Virus record (IMG/VR): IMGVR_UViG_3300046782_000572
Origin: an uncultured virus (IMG/VR IMGVR_UViG_3300046782_000572)
Lineage: Duplodnaviria > Heunggongvirae > Uroviricota > Caudoviricetes
DNA: 64,000 nt
Reading direction: 5' to 3' (one strand)
The position numbers and the translations under genes are program-made. Positions 46,224 through 56,645 of the stretch are shown here, piece by piece (the first letter of the stretch is position 1; every line of letters begins with the position of its first letter). Below the pieces are notes generated by a model. That model made no database searches, was not told the origin of the DNA, and saw nothing but the letters and a program-made list of their open reading frames with translations.

Positions 46224-47518
46224 AATACGAAGCGCCCTTCGGAGTTTCCGATCCAAATTCTTCATACATCAATGGCAACCCGTCGACCGGGACGATGGGA
46301 TCGATCCCGCCCGCAGCCTCGATCGAGAACCCGCAGCGTGAGATCGTCAACTTCATAAATGCAAATGCGCTGACGCCGAGCGCTGCCGATCTCTTTCAGC
46401 TCGCGAAGTCCGTGCAGGCTGGGCTCGTCAATTACGGCACTGACCAGGGTGTGCCGAATCAGATCGCGATCACGCCGACCGTTCCGATCTCAGCTTATGC
46501 GCTTGGCCAGCGTTTCGTCATCAAACTAAAATACGGCAATACCTCGAAAGTCACCATAAACGTGAACGGCATCGGCGGGGCGCCCCTCATCCACACCGAT
46601 CTGTCTCCGATAAATCCATATGAACTGATCGCAAATCAATTGATCGAAGTCGCCTACGACGGCGCGAACTTTCAGGCAATTGGCGGCGTCGGCATTGGCG
46701 GCTCCGTGCTGTTGACTGCGCCGCAAAATCTTTATGTCAACGCCAGCACCGGTAGCGATACGCTTTACGACGGCACTTCGGCGACTATTGGCGGCCAGAG
46801 CGGGCCGTTCCAGACGATCCAAAAAGCCCTTGCAACGATGAAAAAATATAACTTGGGCGGATGGACATTTACAATTCATGTGGCCGATGGAACTTATTCA
46901 AATCCAACGCCGGTGGATTTTCCGCAGCCGAATGGTTCCGGCTTGGTGGCGCTAGTTGGAAATACGACAAATCCGAGCGCGGTGTTGATTCTTAATTCAG
47001 GTTCGGGAAGCTGTTGGCGCGCAAGCGCTGGCGGAAACTTCTCCGTGAATGGTTTCAGTTTCCAGGCCACAGCGGCGTCCTCCGGCGATCTCGGATCGGC
47101 ATTATGGTGGACGAGCGGGAGTTCCCTCAGTCTCTATGCTTGCAGTTTTGGCGCGGTTCCCGGCTATCATATTTTGGTCGGGCCAAGTGCGAGCTGTCTG
47201 GTCTTTGGGCCTTGCACGATCACGGGTTCGGCTCTGGCGCATCAATACGGTTACGAGAACGGCACGCTATTGAATGCCACACCAAACAACCCAACTCTGA
47301 ATATCCCAAATGCGGTGACATTCAGTAATGGTTTTGTTATTGCCTCAAACGGGGGGCAGACGCGGCCAATTTGGTCAGGCATCACGGGCGCAGGAAACGT
47401 CACCGGAGCGAAATACATCGGAACTTCCAATGGCGTCATTGACACCAATGGAAGAGGGGCAAGTTACCTGCCCGGAACAATAGCGGGATCGTTGGCGACA
47501 GGAGGGCAATATCTATGA
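46220..47518 (+). CDS. Tail fibre/spike protein
   Basis: GSIPPAASIENPQREIVN N-terminus; PFQTIQKA; beta-helix-like C-terminus. Confidence 0.75.
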   Translation: MKYEAPFGVSDPNSSYINGNPSTGTMGSIPPAASIENPQREIVNFINANALTPSAADLFQLAKSVQAGLVNYGTDQGVPNQIAITPTVPISAYALGQRFVIKLKYGNTSKVTINVNGIGGAPLIHTDLSPINPYELIANQLIEVAYDGANFQAIGGVGIGGSVLLTAPQNLYVNASTGSDTLYDGTSATIGGQSGPFQTIQKALATMKKYNLGGWTFTIHVADGTYSNPTPVDFPQPNGSGLVALVGNTTNPSAVLILNSGSGSCWRASAGGNFSVNGFSFQATAASSGDLGSALWWTSGSSLSLYACSFGAVPGYHILVGPSASCLVFGPCTITGSALAHQYGYENGTLLNATPNNPTLNIPNAVTFSNGFVIASNGGQTRPIWSGITGAGNVTGAKYIGTSNGVIDTNGRGASYLPGTIAGSLATGGQYL

Positions 47519-48126
47519 CAGTTAGCATTGCCAATCATTATTGGATCGTCGGCGGATCGACGACCGATGTCTATTCGAGCGCAACCAACACCATGGTTGC
47601 GGCATCGGATCAGGCCTATATAGATTGGGCCGCAATCCATGCGGCATCGCCAATCGCCAGCGAACCAGAATTGGCAGAAGTGATCAAAGCCTACAACGTT
47701 TTGCCAGCATGGTTGTTAAATGCGCCCACCTTCGTCCAACCAACGCCGACGACATATACAAAAGGGCAGCTTGCGGCCTACGCAGCCGATGCGCGCTATC
47801 GTCACGCAAGCGGCGGCGTGGCCGTCACAAGCCTTGGCGGCGCCGTGCCTTTTCTGACCGATCCGGTGTCGCGCAACACGATAGACAGCGCCCATAACTA
47901 TGCGGTGGCGAATCCAGGGCACGTCACCGACTGGAAGCTTTCCGATGGGAGCTTCATCAAATTGAGCGAGGCGCAACTTGCGACGCTGCTTCAAGACGTC
48001 GCCGGCTTTGTTCAATCCTGCTTCACTTGCGAGAGCAGCACGGTGACGAGCATCAATGCAGGCACCATCACGACGCTGGCGCAGATCGATGCGGCTTTTG
48101 CAGCGATCTCAAATACCTTCCCGTAA
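47515..48126 (+). CDS. DUF4376-like tail fibre-associated protein
   Basis: LAAYAADARY, WKLSDGSF, FVQSCF. Confidence 0.7.
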   Translation: MTVSIANHYWIVGGSTTDVYSSATNTMVAASDQAYIDWAAIHAASPIASEPELAEVIKAYNVLPAWLLNAPTFVQPTPTTYTKGQLAAYAADARYRHASGGVAVTSLGGAVPFLTDPVSRNTIDSAHNYAVANPGHVTDWKLSDGSFIKLSEAQLATLLQDVAGFVQSCFTCESSTVTSINAGTITTLAQIDAAFAAISNTFP

Positions 48127-48138
48127 GGGGCGCGGAAA

Positions 48139-48486
48139 ATGGCCATCGTCAACATCACGGTCGAGAACGACGCCGACTTTTATCGCTTATTTCAGTACGT
48201 GACGGTCGATAGCACCACGCCGATCAACATCACCGGCGCTTCGCTTGAGATGATGTTGCGCCGCCACGCCGCGGACGCCGATGCGCTCTTGCGACTCGCT
48301 ACCGATACCGGCGAGATCGTGATCACCGATCCGGTGCATGGCTTCTTCACGGTCAAGATTCTGCAGGACACGCTTGAGCGGCTTGGGCTCGGCAGCTTCG
48401 ATCATTCCCTCATCATGACGTTAGCGGGTCTAAAAACGAGGGTGTGGGGCGGCACGCTGACCAACAATGCGGGACCGACGCGATGA
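48139..48486 (+). CDS. Hypothetical virion (adaptor-like) protein
   Basis: [11 protein letters not shown]; position among fibre genes. Confidence 0.55.
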   Translation: MAIVNITVENDADFYRLFQYVTVDSTTPINITGASLEMMLRRHAADADALLRLATDTGEIVITDPVHGFFTVKILQDTLERLGLGSFDHSLIMTLAGLKTRVWGGTLTNNAGPTR

Positions 48487-50261
48487 GCTTCGTCGAGGTC
48501 AGTACCGATTATGACGCCATCGTTTCAGCCGACGACACCAGTGCCGTTGTCGTGCTTGCCTATGACAACATCGAGACGATTGTTTCGGGGGATCAGGGGC
48601 CGCCAGGGCCACCGGGGCCGGCTGGCGGGCCGCCGGGACCGCAAGGACCGCAAGGGCCACAAGGGCCGGCCGGTGGACCGCCAGGACCGCCAGGGCCGCA
48701 AGGAATTCAAGGGCCGCTGGGGCCTCAGGGGCCACAAGGGCCGGCCTCGATCATACCGGGGCCGCAGGGGCCGGCCGGTCCACAGGGGCCGCAGGGCGCC
48801 GCCTCGACTATACCGGGGCCGCAAGGGCCGACTGGCGCAACCGGCGCGCAAGGGTCGCCCGGAGCGCAGGGGCCGACCGGAGCGACGGGCGCTCCAGGTG
48901 CGACTGGGCCTGCGGGAGCGACCGGGCCACCGGGGCCGACCGGCCCAACGGGCGCCGCATCCACCGTACCGGGGCCGCCGGGAACGGCCGGCAACAGCGT
49001 GCTCTACGGCGCCAGCAATCCGACCGCCGGCACTGGGGTTGACGGCAACTTCTATATCAATACCTCGACGAACTTCATCTATGGCCCGAAGGCCGCAGGC
49101 GCTTGGCCGGCCGGCATTTCTCTCGTCGGGCCGCAAGGGCCGATTGGCAACACAGGACCGCAAGGCGTCGCTGGCAATACCGTGCTTTACGGCACGAGCG
49201 ATCCGACGTCTGGAATTGGCGTCAACGGAAATTTCTACATCAACACCGCGAGCAATTACCTTTTTGGCCCGAAGACCTCGGGTGCGTGGCCGGCTGGGAC
49301 GTCGCTCGTCGGGCCGCAGGGACCGCAAGGGATTCCTGGCGCTGGGAGTCCCGCAACTGTGCCGCCTCTTATGGATGGCGCCGCAGCTATTGGAACGTCA
49401 ACAAATTTTGCGCGGCAAGATCACGTCCATCCAAGCGATACGGCGAAGGCCGACAAGAGCTATGTCGACACCGCCGATGCGCTGAAGGCCGACAAGACCT
49501 ACGTCGACACGCAGGACGCGCTGAAGGCTCCGCTGGCCTCGCCAGCGTTCACGGGCAATCCGACAGTCAATGGAACATTGACTGTTGCTGGCAGCATCAG
49601 TGCTGGCGACATCACCGCTTCCCGCTCCGGGACTGCGGGCTACTATTTCTACGGCTCTAGCGGTTACATTGGCTTTGATGGTGCGAACTTCGTTACGCAG
49701 GGAGGCACCCAGTTCGTTTCCAGCGCCACTTTCCGGTCGTCTCATGGATACTGCTGCACGGCCGGTGACGGTGGTGCGGTTCGCTCCAACCGTTTCAACA
49801 TCGATTGGTCGCCGCAGAATTTATGGATCGATGCCACCAACCTTGGCACGATCACTACGTCATCGGACTACCGCATCAAGAAGGACGTGCTGCCGTTGCC
49901 CGCCATGTGGGACACGGTCAAGGCGCTGCGCCCGATCCAGTACACGCAGGCGCAATTCACTCCGCCAAGTCAGATCAAGGCTTACGCCGCCGACAAACTG
50001 AAGGCCGAACAGGCGGCGCAAGAGCAAGGCATCGATCCGCCGCAGGAAGCCTATGGCCCGTTGTTCGCCGCCGACGACATCGAGCGCTGGGGCTTCATCG
50101 CCCATGAGTTGCAGGAGACGCTGACGCCATCGGCTGCGACCGGCGTCAAGGATGCGCCTGACACTATCCAGTCACCTAACCCGTTCACGGTGATCGCGGC
50201 GCTGACGAAAGCACTGCAGGAAGCAATGGCTCGCATCGAGGCTTTGGAGGCGCGGCCATGA
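48483..50261 (+). CDS. Collagen-like tail fibre with C-terminal intramolecular chaperone (peptidase S74-like)
   Basis: Long (GPQ/GPP)n triplets; [35 protein letters not shown]. Confidence 0.85.
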   Translation: MSFVEVSTDYDAIVSADDTSAVVVLAYDNIETIVSGDQGPPGPPGPAGGPPGPQGPQGPQGPAGGPPGPPGPQGIQGPLGPQGPQGPASIIPGPQGPAGPQGPQGAASTIPGPQGPTGATGAQGSPGAQGPTGATGAPGATGPAGATGPPGPTGPTGAASTVPGPPGTAGNSVLYGASNPTAGTGVDGNFYINTSTNFIYGPKAAGAWPAGISLVGPQGPIGNTGPQGVAGNTVLYGTSDPTSGIGVNGNFYINTASNYLFGPKTSGAWPAGTSLVGPQGPQGIPGAGSPATVPPLMDGAAAIGTSTNFARQDHVHPSDTAKADKSYVDTADALKADKTYVDTQDALKAPLASPAFTGNPTVNGTLTVAGSISAGDITASRSGTAGYYFYGSSGYIGFDGANFVTQGGTQFVSSATFRSSHGYCCTAGDGGAVRSNRFNIDWSPQNLWIDATNLGTITTSSDYRIKKDVLPLPAMWDTVKALRPIQYTQAQFTPPSQIKAYAADKLKAEQAAQEQGIDPPQEAYGPLFAADDIERWGFIAHELQETLTPSAATGVKDAPDTIQSPNPFTVIAALTKALQEAMARIEALEARP

Positions 50262-50282
50262 CGCAATTAAGAGAAAAAAACA

Positions 50283-50558
50283 ATGATGATGCAGGCCAGA
50301 TCATGGATGAAGGACAACAGCACGTTGCTGTACTTCCTTCTTGCTCAAGCCTTAGCCCTTGCCGGGATTGGTGTTAGCATAATCTCCTACATGGTGCGGC
50401 TGGAAACGCGGGTGAACACGCTCGAAGTCCGCGGCTCGCCGCACCTCGCCGAGATCAACAATCGGCTGACGGTCACTGAGAAAGAGACCGAGGCGAACGC
50501 TGCAAGCATTCGCCGGATCGTCGACGTGCTGACGCGGGAGCTGGGCAAGAAACCGTGA
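50283..50558 (+). CDS. Holin-like membrane protein
   Basis: One TM segment plus coiled coil, directly before the endolysin. Confidence 0.5.
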   Translation: MMMQARSWMKDNSTLLYFLLAQALALAGIGVSIISYMVRLETRVNTLEVRGSPHLAEINNRLTVTEKETEANAASIRRIVDVLTRELGKKP

Positions 50559-50565
50559 GGACAAC

Positions 50566-51651
50566 ATGACCAAGTTGCGCGGCAAGGTCTCGTGGTTCGG
50601 CGGCCCCGAGGACATGGGCGTCTCGCCATCGGAGCCGCTCGCCTTCATCTACTCGGTCGACATGGCGCCGCACCTGTTCCTGCCGACGCAGCCGCCCGGC
50701 ACGACCGGGCTGGCGCGCAGGCTCAACCCGGCCGTCTTCTACATCGCATGCCGCTGGGACTATGACGCTCCTGGCACGTCCAAAGACGACTTGCTCGACG
50801 TCAAGGTGCTGGTGCGCGCGCCCAAGACCGGCAAAGAGTTCGTCTGCGACCCGGCCGACTGGGGTCCGCATGTCGATACCGGGCGCATCGCCGATATCTC
50901 GCCCGGCCTCATGGACGCGTTGGGCATCCAGACCGACGACGAGGTCGAGGTGACATTTCCGCTCGATCAGGAACAGGGAGACACCATCATGCCATACGAT
51001 CGCATTGTCATTTCTTCAGGCCACGGCAAACTTGTGCGCGGCGCCAGCGGGGTGCTCGACGAGGTCGACGAGGCGCGGCGCGTGGTCGAGGCTGTGGCCG
51101 ACAAGCTCGCTGCCCGCGGCGTCGACGTGATGACGTTTCACGATGACACAAGCACGAGCCAAAATCAGAACCTCGAAACGATCGTCAACTATCACAACGC
51201 GCAGCAGCGCGAGCTGGACGTGAGCGTGCACTTCAACGCCTACGAACAGACCAGTAAGCCGATGGGCACCGAGGTGCTGTACGTCACACAGTCGGCGCTC
51301 GCGGGCGAGATGTCGGCGGCCATCGCGGACGCTGGCGACTTCATCGACCGCGGCGGCAAGAAACGGACTGACCTGTACTTCCTGAACAACACCGAGCAGC
51401 CCGCAATCCTGATCGAGACGTGCTTTGTCGACAGCACCGCCGATGCTGCGCTCTACGAAACGAATTTCGACGTGATATGCGAGCAGATCGCCCAGGTGCT
51501 CGGCGGGCCGCCTCAAGTGGCAGAGCGGCCACCGGAAGGCGGCGACCGGCCACCGCGCCCGGTGCCGCCAGCCCGGCCGGCGACCGTTCGGGTCGACATC
51601 GACGTGGTGGGCGAGGTTGTCGTGCTCGTCAACGGCGTGCCGGTCACCTAA
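50566..51651 (+). CDS. Endolysin: N-terminal DPBB/RlpA-like domain plus N-acetylmuramoyl-L-alanine amidase (Amidase_3)
   Basis: DWGPHVDTGRIADISPG; ISSGHG, VSVHFNA, AILIETCFVDS. Confidence 0.88.
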   Translation: MTKLRGKVSWFGGPEDMGVSPSEPLAFIYSVDMAPHLFLPTQPPGTTGLARRLNPAVFYIACRWDYDAPGTSKDDLLDVKVLVRAPKTGKEFVCDPADWGPHVDTGRIADISPGLMDALGIQTDDEVEVTFPLDQEQGDTIMPYDRIVISSGHGKLVRGASGVLDEVDEARRVVEAVADKLAARGVDVMTFHDDTSTSQNQNLETIVNYHNAQQRELDVSVHFNAYEQTSKPMGTEVLYVTQSALAGEMSAAIADAGDFIDRGGKKRTDLYFLNNTEQPAILIETCFVDSTADAALYETNFDVICEQIAQVLGGPPQVAERPPEGGDRPPRPVPPARPATVRVDIDVVGEVVVLVNGVPVT

Positions 51652-51658
51652 ACAGGCT

Positions 51659-52126
51659 TCAATTCTTGCGCTGGCTTAGACCGCTAAGCCATTTCTCGAC
51701 GAGGTGACGCGGCGTTGCCGGATTGCTCATCCAATCGACAAGCGCTTGCCCGGAAACCTTGATCTGGGCCGGCGACACCTGCTTCCGCAAGATAACGGTC
51801 ATATGCACGCTGTCAGATGCCTCGGTCATGAGACGCCCTGATCTCAGCTCACCCATAATTTCATCTTTCGTAAAATTTGCTTGCAGCAAAAAGACGTCGA
51901 GCTGCACCCAGATGTTTCTTGGGTCTTCGCTGAATTGCTCGGCCGCTTCCTCTGGCGGCAAGTACGGCTGCGGTGGTTCGAGCGTGCGTTTATAGTGCAC
52001 CTCCCCAGACTTCATTTTCGCAGCGAGTTTTTTGCGCGCGACCCTGCGCGAGCATCCCGTTGACCGCATAATCTGGTCCAGGGCTTCGTCGATGGCGACC
52101 CAGTCCTTTTTTTCGGTGCTCATCAT
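51659..52126 (-). CDS. Hypothetical protein
   Basis: AGGAG RBS; 155-aa ORF. Confidence 0.6.
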   Translation of the reverse strand: MMSTEKKDWVAIDEALDQIMRSTGCSRRVARKKLAAKMKSGEVHYKRTLEPPQPYLPPEEAAEQFSEDPRNIWVQLDVFLLQANFTKDEIMGELRSGRLMTEASDSVHMTVILRKQVSPAQIKVSGQALVDWMSNPATPRHLVEKWLSGLSQRKN

Positions 52127-52727
52127 TGCGACGTCTCCTCATGACGCGAACGGAAACCGGCACGGGTCTTCGGTGCAGTTCTCCGGGTTGAGGCGGCCAC
52201 ACGGGCAGGTCAAGTCGCCCGACAGCACCTCGCGCGCCCGCTGGCGGCGGTGCGTTGTCGCGGATGACGGTTTCGAGGTGCTTGCTCACGACCTTGACGT
52301 GAAGACCCGCGATCACGTACGTCGCCATCGAGCATTCCAGATGGTGTTCGTTCAGCACGTGCTCGCCGATCTTGCGGACCATGCCCAGTCCTTCGAGATA
52401 TTCCGTGCAGCCGCAACAGGTCTGGCGCGGCACTGGTTCGCCTTGCTCGTCGTCTAAGATCAGGAACAACATCACGGCCTTCATGTCAGTGACGCCCCTT
52501 TTTGAGATAGTCGCGAACCTCTTGCATCGTGCGCGGCGTGATCTCGAACTCGGTGTCGGGCTCGATCTGGGGCACCGCACATTGCCGGCACATCCTGCGG
52601 ACCTTCGGGGTGTGGGGGCGAAACTGCACCCGCCATCCGCATTCACAGCACTTGCCGAGCCTATTGTCAGGCAGGATCAGCGGCGTCGTGATCCGCTCGC
52701 ACATCAAGATCACCTCCCGCGGCTTGG

Positions 52728-53027
52728 TCATATCCAGACCTCGACGATGCACGGATCGTCCTTCGGGTGACGCGCCATCCGCACCAAGCCGCATGGCACC
52801 GCGGCGCGTGCTTCCGTGAGAGTTCTGGCGCAGAAGCAAAACTGATGGAGGATGATTTGCCCCCCAGGCCCCGGCTCCTGGCCGCGCACGACCCAATGGG
52901 CCAAGTGATCGAGCGGCTTCTCGTAGATGACCCATATGATCAGCCGGCCGTCATGATCAGCACAAAGCTGGGCCTCGCGAACGCGGGCGGCGAACTCCGT
53001 AGCGTCGCTTGTCTCGGTCCAGCTCAT
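52728..53027 (-). CDS. Hypothetical protein
   Basis: AAGGAGG RBS; WVIYEKPLDH..RHPKDDPCIVEVW. Confidence 0.6.
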   Translation of the reverse strand: MSWTETSDATEFAARVREAQLCADHDGRLIIWVIYEKPLDHLAHWVVRGQEPGPGGQIILHQFCFCARTLTEARAAVPCGLVRMARHPKDDPCIVEVWI

Positions 53028-53437
53028 GGCGCCTCCTTCGCGGCTCGCCGGCGGCGGCCACCATTGACCCGGAGGTATTTCAGCGCAAAGCGGCCGATGC
53101 GCCCGACGAGCGGCGGCAGGATCAGCGGCGTCGTGATCCGCTCGCAGATCAAAACATACTCATCCCACTTGCGCGTCACGGTTCTAACCGTTCTGAAGTC
53201 TTCGGCGCGCTGGTGTGGCCCAGGATAAATTCCACGTCGACCACGTCGCCGTCGCGCAGGTGCTCCCAATTGCGCCGGATGTAGTCGTGCGCAACCATGT
53301 GGGTGGAGGATGCGCCCCAGTCGTATAACGCATTCGATCGGCTTGTCGTCGGCGGCCGGCGCCTCGATCGTCAGGAGCTTGTATTCGGCCCCGCATGTCG
53401 AACACTTAAATTCGCGCATCGCCCCCCCCCCCCCAAA

Positions 53438-53692
53438 TCACCCCTCGACGAACTCGACGAGTTTGAGCCGCTGCGCAATCTGGCCGGCCGCGAATTCATC
53501 CTTGTGGGCATTCCAAAACCCACGGCAACAAACGCCGCTGCCGCGTTTTGCATGATGGCACTCGCGGTAGCCTTTGAAGCCGATGTGTTTGTCCCGCACC
53601 TCGTCTTCCAAATGTTCAAGATTCCAGCCGAGGTCCGCGCGGTAGATGCACGTTGCGCAAGGTGCAGCCATCACCTTGAAAGTGCCCTTCAT
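53438..53692 (-). CDS. Small Cys/His-rich hypothetical protein
   Basis: PCATCIYR, ECHH, CCRGFW. Confidence 0.55.
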   Translation of the reverse strand: MKGTFKVMAAPCATCIYRADLGWNLEHLEDEVRDKHIGFKGYRECHHAKRGSGVCCRGFWNAHKDEFAAGQIAQRLKLVEFVEG

Positions 53693-54048
53693 AGCTCAGC
53701 CATCCATTCCTTGTCGCCGAACACCACCACGACCGGGCCGACGAGGTAGTCTGGCGAGGACGGCCGCCGCCCCAAGGGCGCCCCCTTGAATTCGGGTCGG
53801 CGCCTCAGAGCCGCATCCCAATGGGCGCAGGCAAGATCATTCAGGGCCAGTTTCTTGCGCTTGCCGTCTTCGTCGCAGAACGCGACGCAGCGCTGCAACG
53901 CACCGTTAACCACGATCGTGTGGAAATATGGCACCACTTCGAGATAGCCGCCGACCGCCTGCTTTAGCGACGGCAGATCGATCGGCGCCGTGAAGTCGAC
54001 CGTGTGCACCGGGCCGTCCGGCGGGATCACCAGCATGGTGCCTTTCAT
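53689..54048 (-). CDS. DUF3846-like protein
   Basis: LKQAVGGYLEVV, CDEDGKRKKLALN, DYLVGPVVVV. Confidence 0.7.
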   Translation of the reverse strand: MKGTMLVIPPDGPVHTVDFTAPIDLPSLKQAVGGYLEVVPYFHTIVVNGALQRCVAFCDEDGKRKKLALNDLACAHWDAALRRRPEFKGAPLGRRPSSPDYLVGPVVVVFGDKEWMAEL

Positions 54049-54175
54049 CAGTACACCCGGATGTCGTCGGGGGTGATTTGGCCGCACGCAACTTGCTCGT
54101 CGATCCTCTGGACATGCGGGGAAATGAGGTCGCGAACAAGCTCGACGTGATGTTCGAGGATTTCGCGACGCAGCC

Positions 54176-54568
54176 TCACTTCGGCCTCGAATAGGTGACG
54201 ACCGCGCGTGCACCGGTCGGCTCTTCGATCCACTCGGTTGTCGGCACGATGACGCCGAGCCATTCGATGGTCACCGTCAGAAGATCAATCGGGATGAACG
54301 GCGCGCGGATGCGGCCTTCGTCGTCGGCGCCGATGATGATCGCGCGGCCGGCATATGGCGCATGCTGGACGGGCAATTTGAACGCGTGGACAGGCTCGCC
54401 CCGCGTGAGGCCGAATTCGTAGACCCAGATCGAATCGTGTTCGTCGCTGATGACGCTGTAATCCATGTCGCCGCCCACGATGCGCCTCATGGCCACGAGC
54501 ATGCCATCGTTCGGCAGGTCGATCGCCTTGATGGTCCGCGCCTCGGGATCGATCAGGTAGGCTTTCAC
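54176..54568 (-). CDS. DUF3846-like protein
   Basis: KAYLIDPEARTI, PYAGRAIIIGADDEG. Confidence 0.6.
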   Translation of the reverse strand: MKAYLIDPEARTIKAIDLPNDGMLVAMRRIVGGDMDYSVISDEHDSIWVYEFGLTRGEPVHAFKLPVQHAPYAGRAIIIGADDEGRIRAPFIPIDLLTVTIEWLGVIVPTTEWIEEPTGARAVVTYSRPK

Positions 54569-54846
54569 AGCTCGGCCACCCGGATGTCGTCGGGGGTGAT
54601 TTCGCCGCGCGCGACGCGCTCGTCGATCATCTGCACATTCATGGGGATGAGGCTGCGAACAAGCTCGACGTGACTTTCGAGGATTCCGTTGCGCAGCCTC
54701 TCGGTTTCTGCCGGGGTGTCGGCGCGAAGCGCGGCCAACATCATCGAGGTCAGATCGGCGAGGGCTGCGCTGACGACCACGGGGTGATGGCCGCGCAGCA
54801 TCGGGGCAATGCTTGCGACTAGGCGTGCGATTTTCTCGGGAGTCAT
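54565..54846 (-). CDS. Hypothetical protein
   Basis: Overlap-coupled ORF; its 3' part is duplicated at 54054-54177. Confidence 0.55.
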   Translation of the reverse strand: MTPEKIARLVASIAPMLRGHHPVVVSAALADLTSMMLAALRADTPAETERLRNGILESHVELVRSLIPMNVQMIDERVARGEITPDDIRVAEL

Positions 54847-55226
54847 GATGAAATCCCCGCAAGGCCCTCGGCGAGGGCCAGCAGTCGGTGGCGCACGCCT
54901 GTGTCGGCGATGCCCACATACGCGCGGAGCATCGCGGCAGCGCCGTGGACGGCCAACAGCTCGGTTTCGATCCGGTCGCCGCCGGCGGTGTTCAGCTCGC
55001 CGAAAAAATAGGCCACATCGACATCGAGCACCTTGGCGAGGATCGCCAACCGTGACGGCGCCACGCGGTTGGCGCCGTTTTCGTATTTCTGCACCTGTTG
55101 AAAGGTGACGCCGATAGTCTTGGCAAGCTCGGTTTGCGTTTTGTTGAGCAGCAGGCGACGTGCCCGGATGCGCAGCCCAACTTCAATGTCGACGTTTGCA
55201 GGCTTTCCTTTTCCACTGCTTGTCAT
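54843..55226 (-). CDS. XRE-family HTH regulator
   Basis: VGLRIRARR..TQTELAKTIGVTFQQVQKYENGANRV. Confidence 0.88.
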   Translation of the reverse strand: MTSSGKGKPANVDIEVGLRIRARRLLLNKTQTELAKTIGVTFQQVQKYENGANRVAPSRLAILAKVLDVDVAYFFGELNTAGGDRIETELLAVHGAAAMLRAYVGIADTGVRHRLLALAEGLAGISS

Positions 55227-55401
55227 AATCGAACCCCTCTCTTGATTTGAGTAGCGGCCGACGAGCAACGCAAGTGATCGTGAGGGAGAGCGAGACGAGA
55301 GAAAGAAGGATTTGTCACAGGGACATATCACGGATTTCCAAATATGGAAACAGGCATACGAAACCAAGATCACGACTTCAAGCATTGCTATTCGGCCTCT
55401 C

Positions 55402-55578
55402 ATGGGGCGAAAGCTACGCTGGCCAGAGCGGATCATGGTGAAGTTGGCGGTCGGGACTCTCGCCCGCATCGCCGCGGTATTGCGGGCAAGGGAACGGCGA
55501 ATGTCGTTCCTGCGGGACGCAATCGAGCGCGAAATCGCGCGCCGGCGGAAGCTAAAAAACAACCGCCCAGAGTCATAG
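55402..55578 (+). CDS. Small ribbon-helix-helix-like protein
   Basis: GTLARIAAVL...RMSFLRDAIEREIARR. Confidence 0.55.
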   Translation: MGRKLRWPERIMVKLAVGTLARIAAVLRARERRMSFLRDAIEREIARRRKLKNNRPES

Positions 55579-55938
55579 CTGCTTTGCGCGGCGCGCCCAT
55601 CGCGCCAGATGGCTTGGAAAGCTCGCGGCATCCAGCGACGGCTGCTCACCAAACAGGCATTCGGCAAACTCGACGAGTTCGAGGTACGTCATCTTGTCGA
55701 CGATGCAGGCGACGGCGCGCTGGCGATGGCCGGCGGTTCCCATCAGAGCCATCATGCGGCGGTGATCATCGACCTGTTCACGCGCCTCGCGGGATATGGT
55801 CGTCAGCTCGACGATCGACGCCGACTCGTGGAGCGGGGCGATCGCGTTCGCGACTGCAGCCAGCCGGCGGCGACGGTCCTGGTCGTGCGCCTCTTCCTCT
55901 GATGCCTCTTGCGCCCAAGCTTCCTGATGATCGGTCAT
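55573..55938 (-). CDS. Hypothetical protein, paralogue of 8269-8613
   Basis: Shared C-terminal motif; GGAGG RBS. Confidence 0.7.
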   Translation of the reverse strand: MTDHQEAWAQEASEEEAHDQDRRRRLAAVANAIAPLHESASIVELTTISREAREQVDDHRRMMALMGTAGHRQRAVACIVDKMTYLELVEFAECLFGEQPSLDAASFPSHLARWARRAKQL

Positions 55939-56496
55939 GACTTCGGTTCCTCCATGGGGGTTGCTGGTGCCACCTTCCGCGATTTCACGGTTTAGATGAC
56001 CGGACCACCCGCCGGCGGGGAGGACCGAATCGCGGCTTGATCTCGCCTCTCACGAGCGCCCGTTGATGGCGCGGCTGCGGGTAGAACTTCCTCCCCTTTT
56101 GGTGTTGCACGTGAAACATCCGGGTTGTGCGGAACGACCGCACACGCCGTGGTAAGCAGCCGCCCCCGGAGTCCGTGGCAGTCCCCGGGAGCGGCCGTCC
56201 CGCGCCGGCGCCGTTGACTCGCCAGCGTAGGAAGCCTGTGGGCGCGGTTTCTGGCGCCTGGCGCCCAGGTGCGGGCGCCGCATGGGCGGGGCCTTTGGCG
56301 AAGGTGGTTCGGGCGGGCGGCGGCATTGCCACCCGCCCGCCGCGCGCCGGCTCACTGCCCGGTTAACCGGCGCTTGGCTCTTATCGGGGTGCGGTTGACA
56401 CGGCCGGCGGTTCCGCTTGGCACGCGAGTCGCCGGCGAGAACAGATGCGAACGCTGGCGCCGTGGCGCCGAGAACGGATGGGGAAGCATCGGAAGG

Positions 56497-56630
56497 AAAA
56501 CCCTGTAAATAACTGTGTAACCCATTGATCTTGCTGCTATGGCGCAAATTGCGGGCTTCCGTGATCCGCCTTTTGGGCCAATGGTTTACCGGGTTTTTTA
56601 CAGGGTTTTTTTTCGACGCTGTAAAAACCG
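56497..56630. repeat. Inverted/direct AAAACCCTGTAAA-type repeats, putative att/arm region of integrase 2
   Basis: AAAACCCTGTAAA 56497-56509 and its exact inverse at 56597-56609, variant at 56585-56597. Confidence 0.5.
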
Positions 56631-56645
56631 CACTTAACGCGATTC

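Larger units (their letters stand above)
600..56500. mobile_element. Prophage element 1 (lambda-like head, Mu-like contractile tail); boundaries approximate
   Basis: Ordered modules: integrase, RecT/YqaJ, replication, terminase, portal, protease, capsid, sheath, tube, tape measure, baseplate, fibres, amidase. Confidence 0.88.

Noticed and set aside
48590..49340. GC-rich 9-nt repeats
   Set aside because: Collagen Gly-X-Y coding repeats of the tail fibre
46220..50261. Diversity-generating retroelement or invertible tail-fibre system
   Set aside because: No reverse transcriptase, template/variable repeat pair or invertase seen
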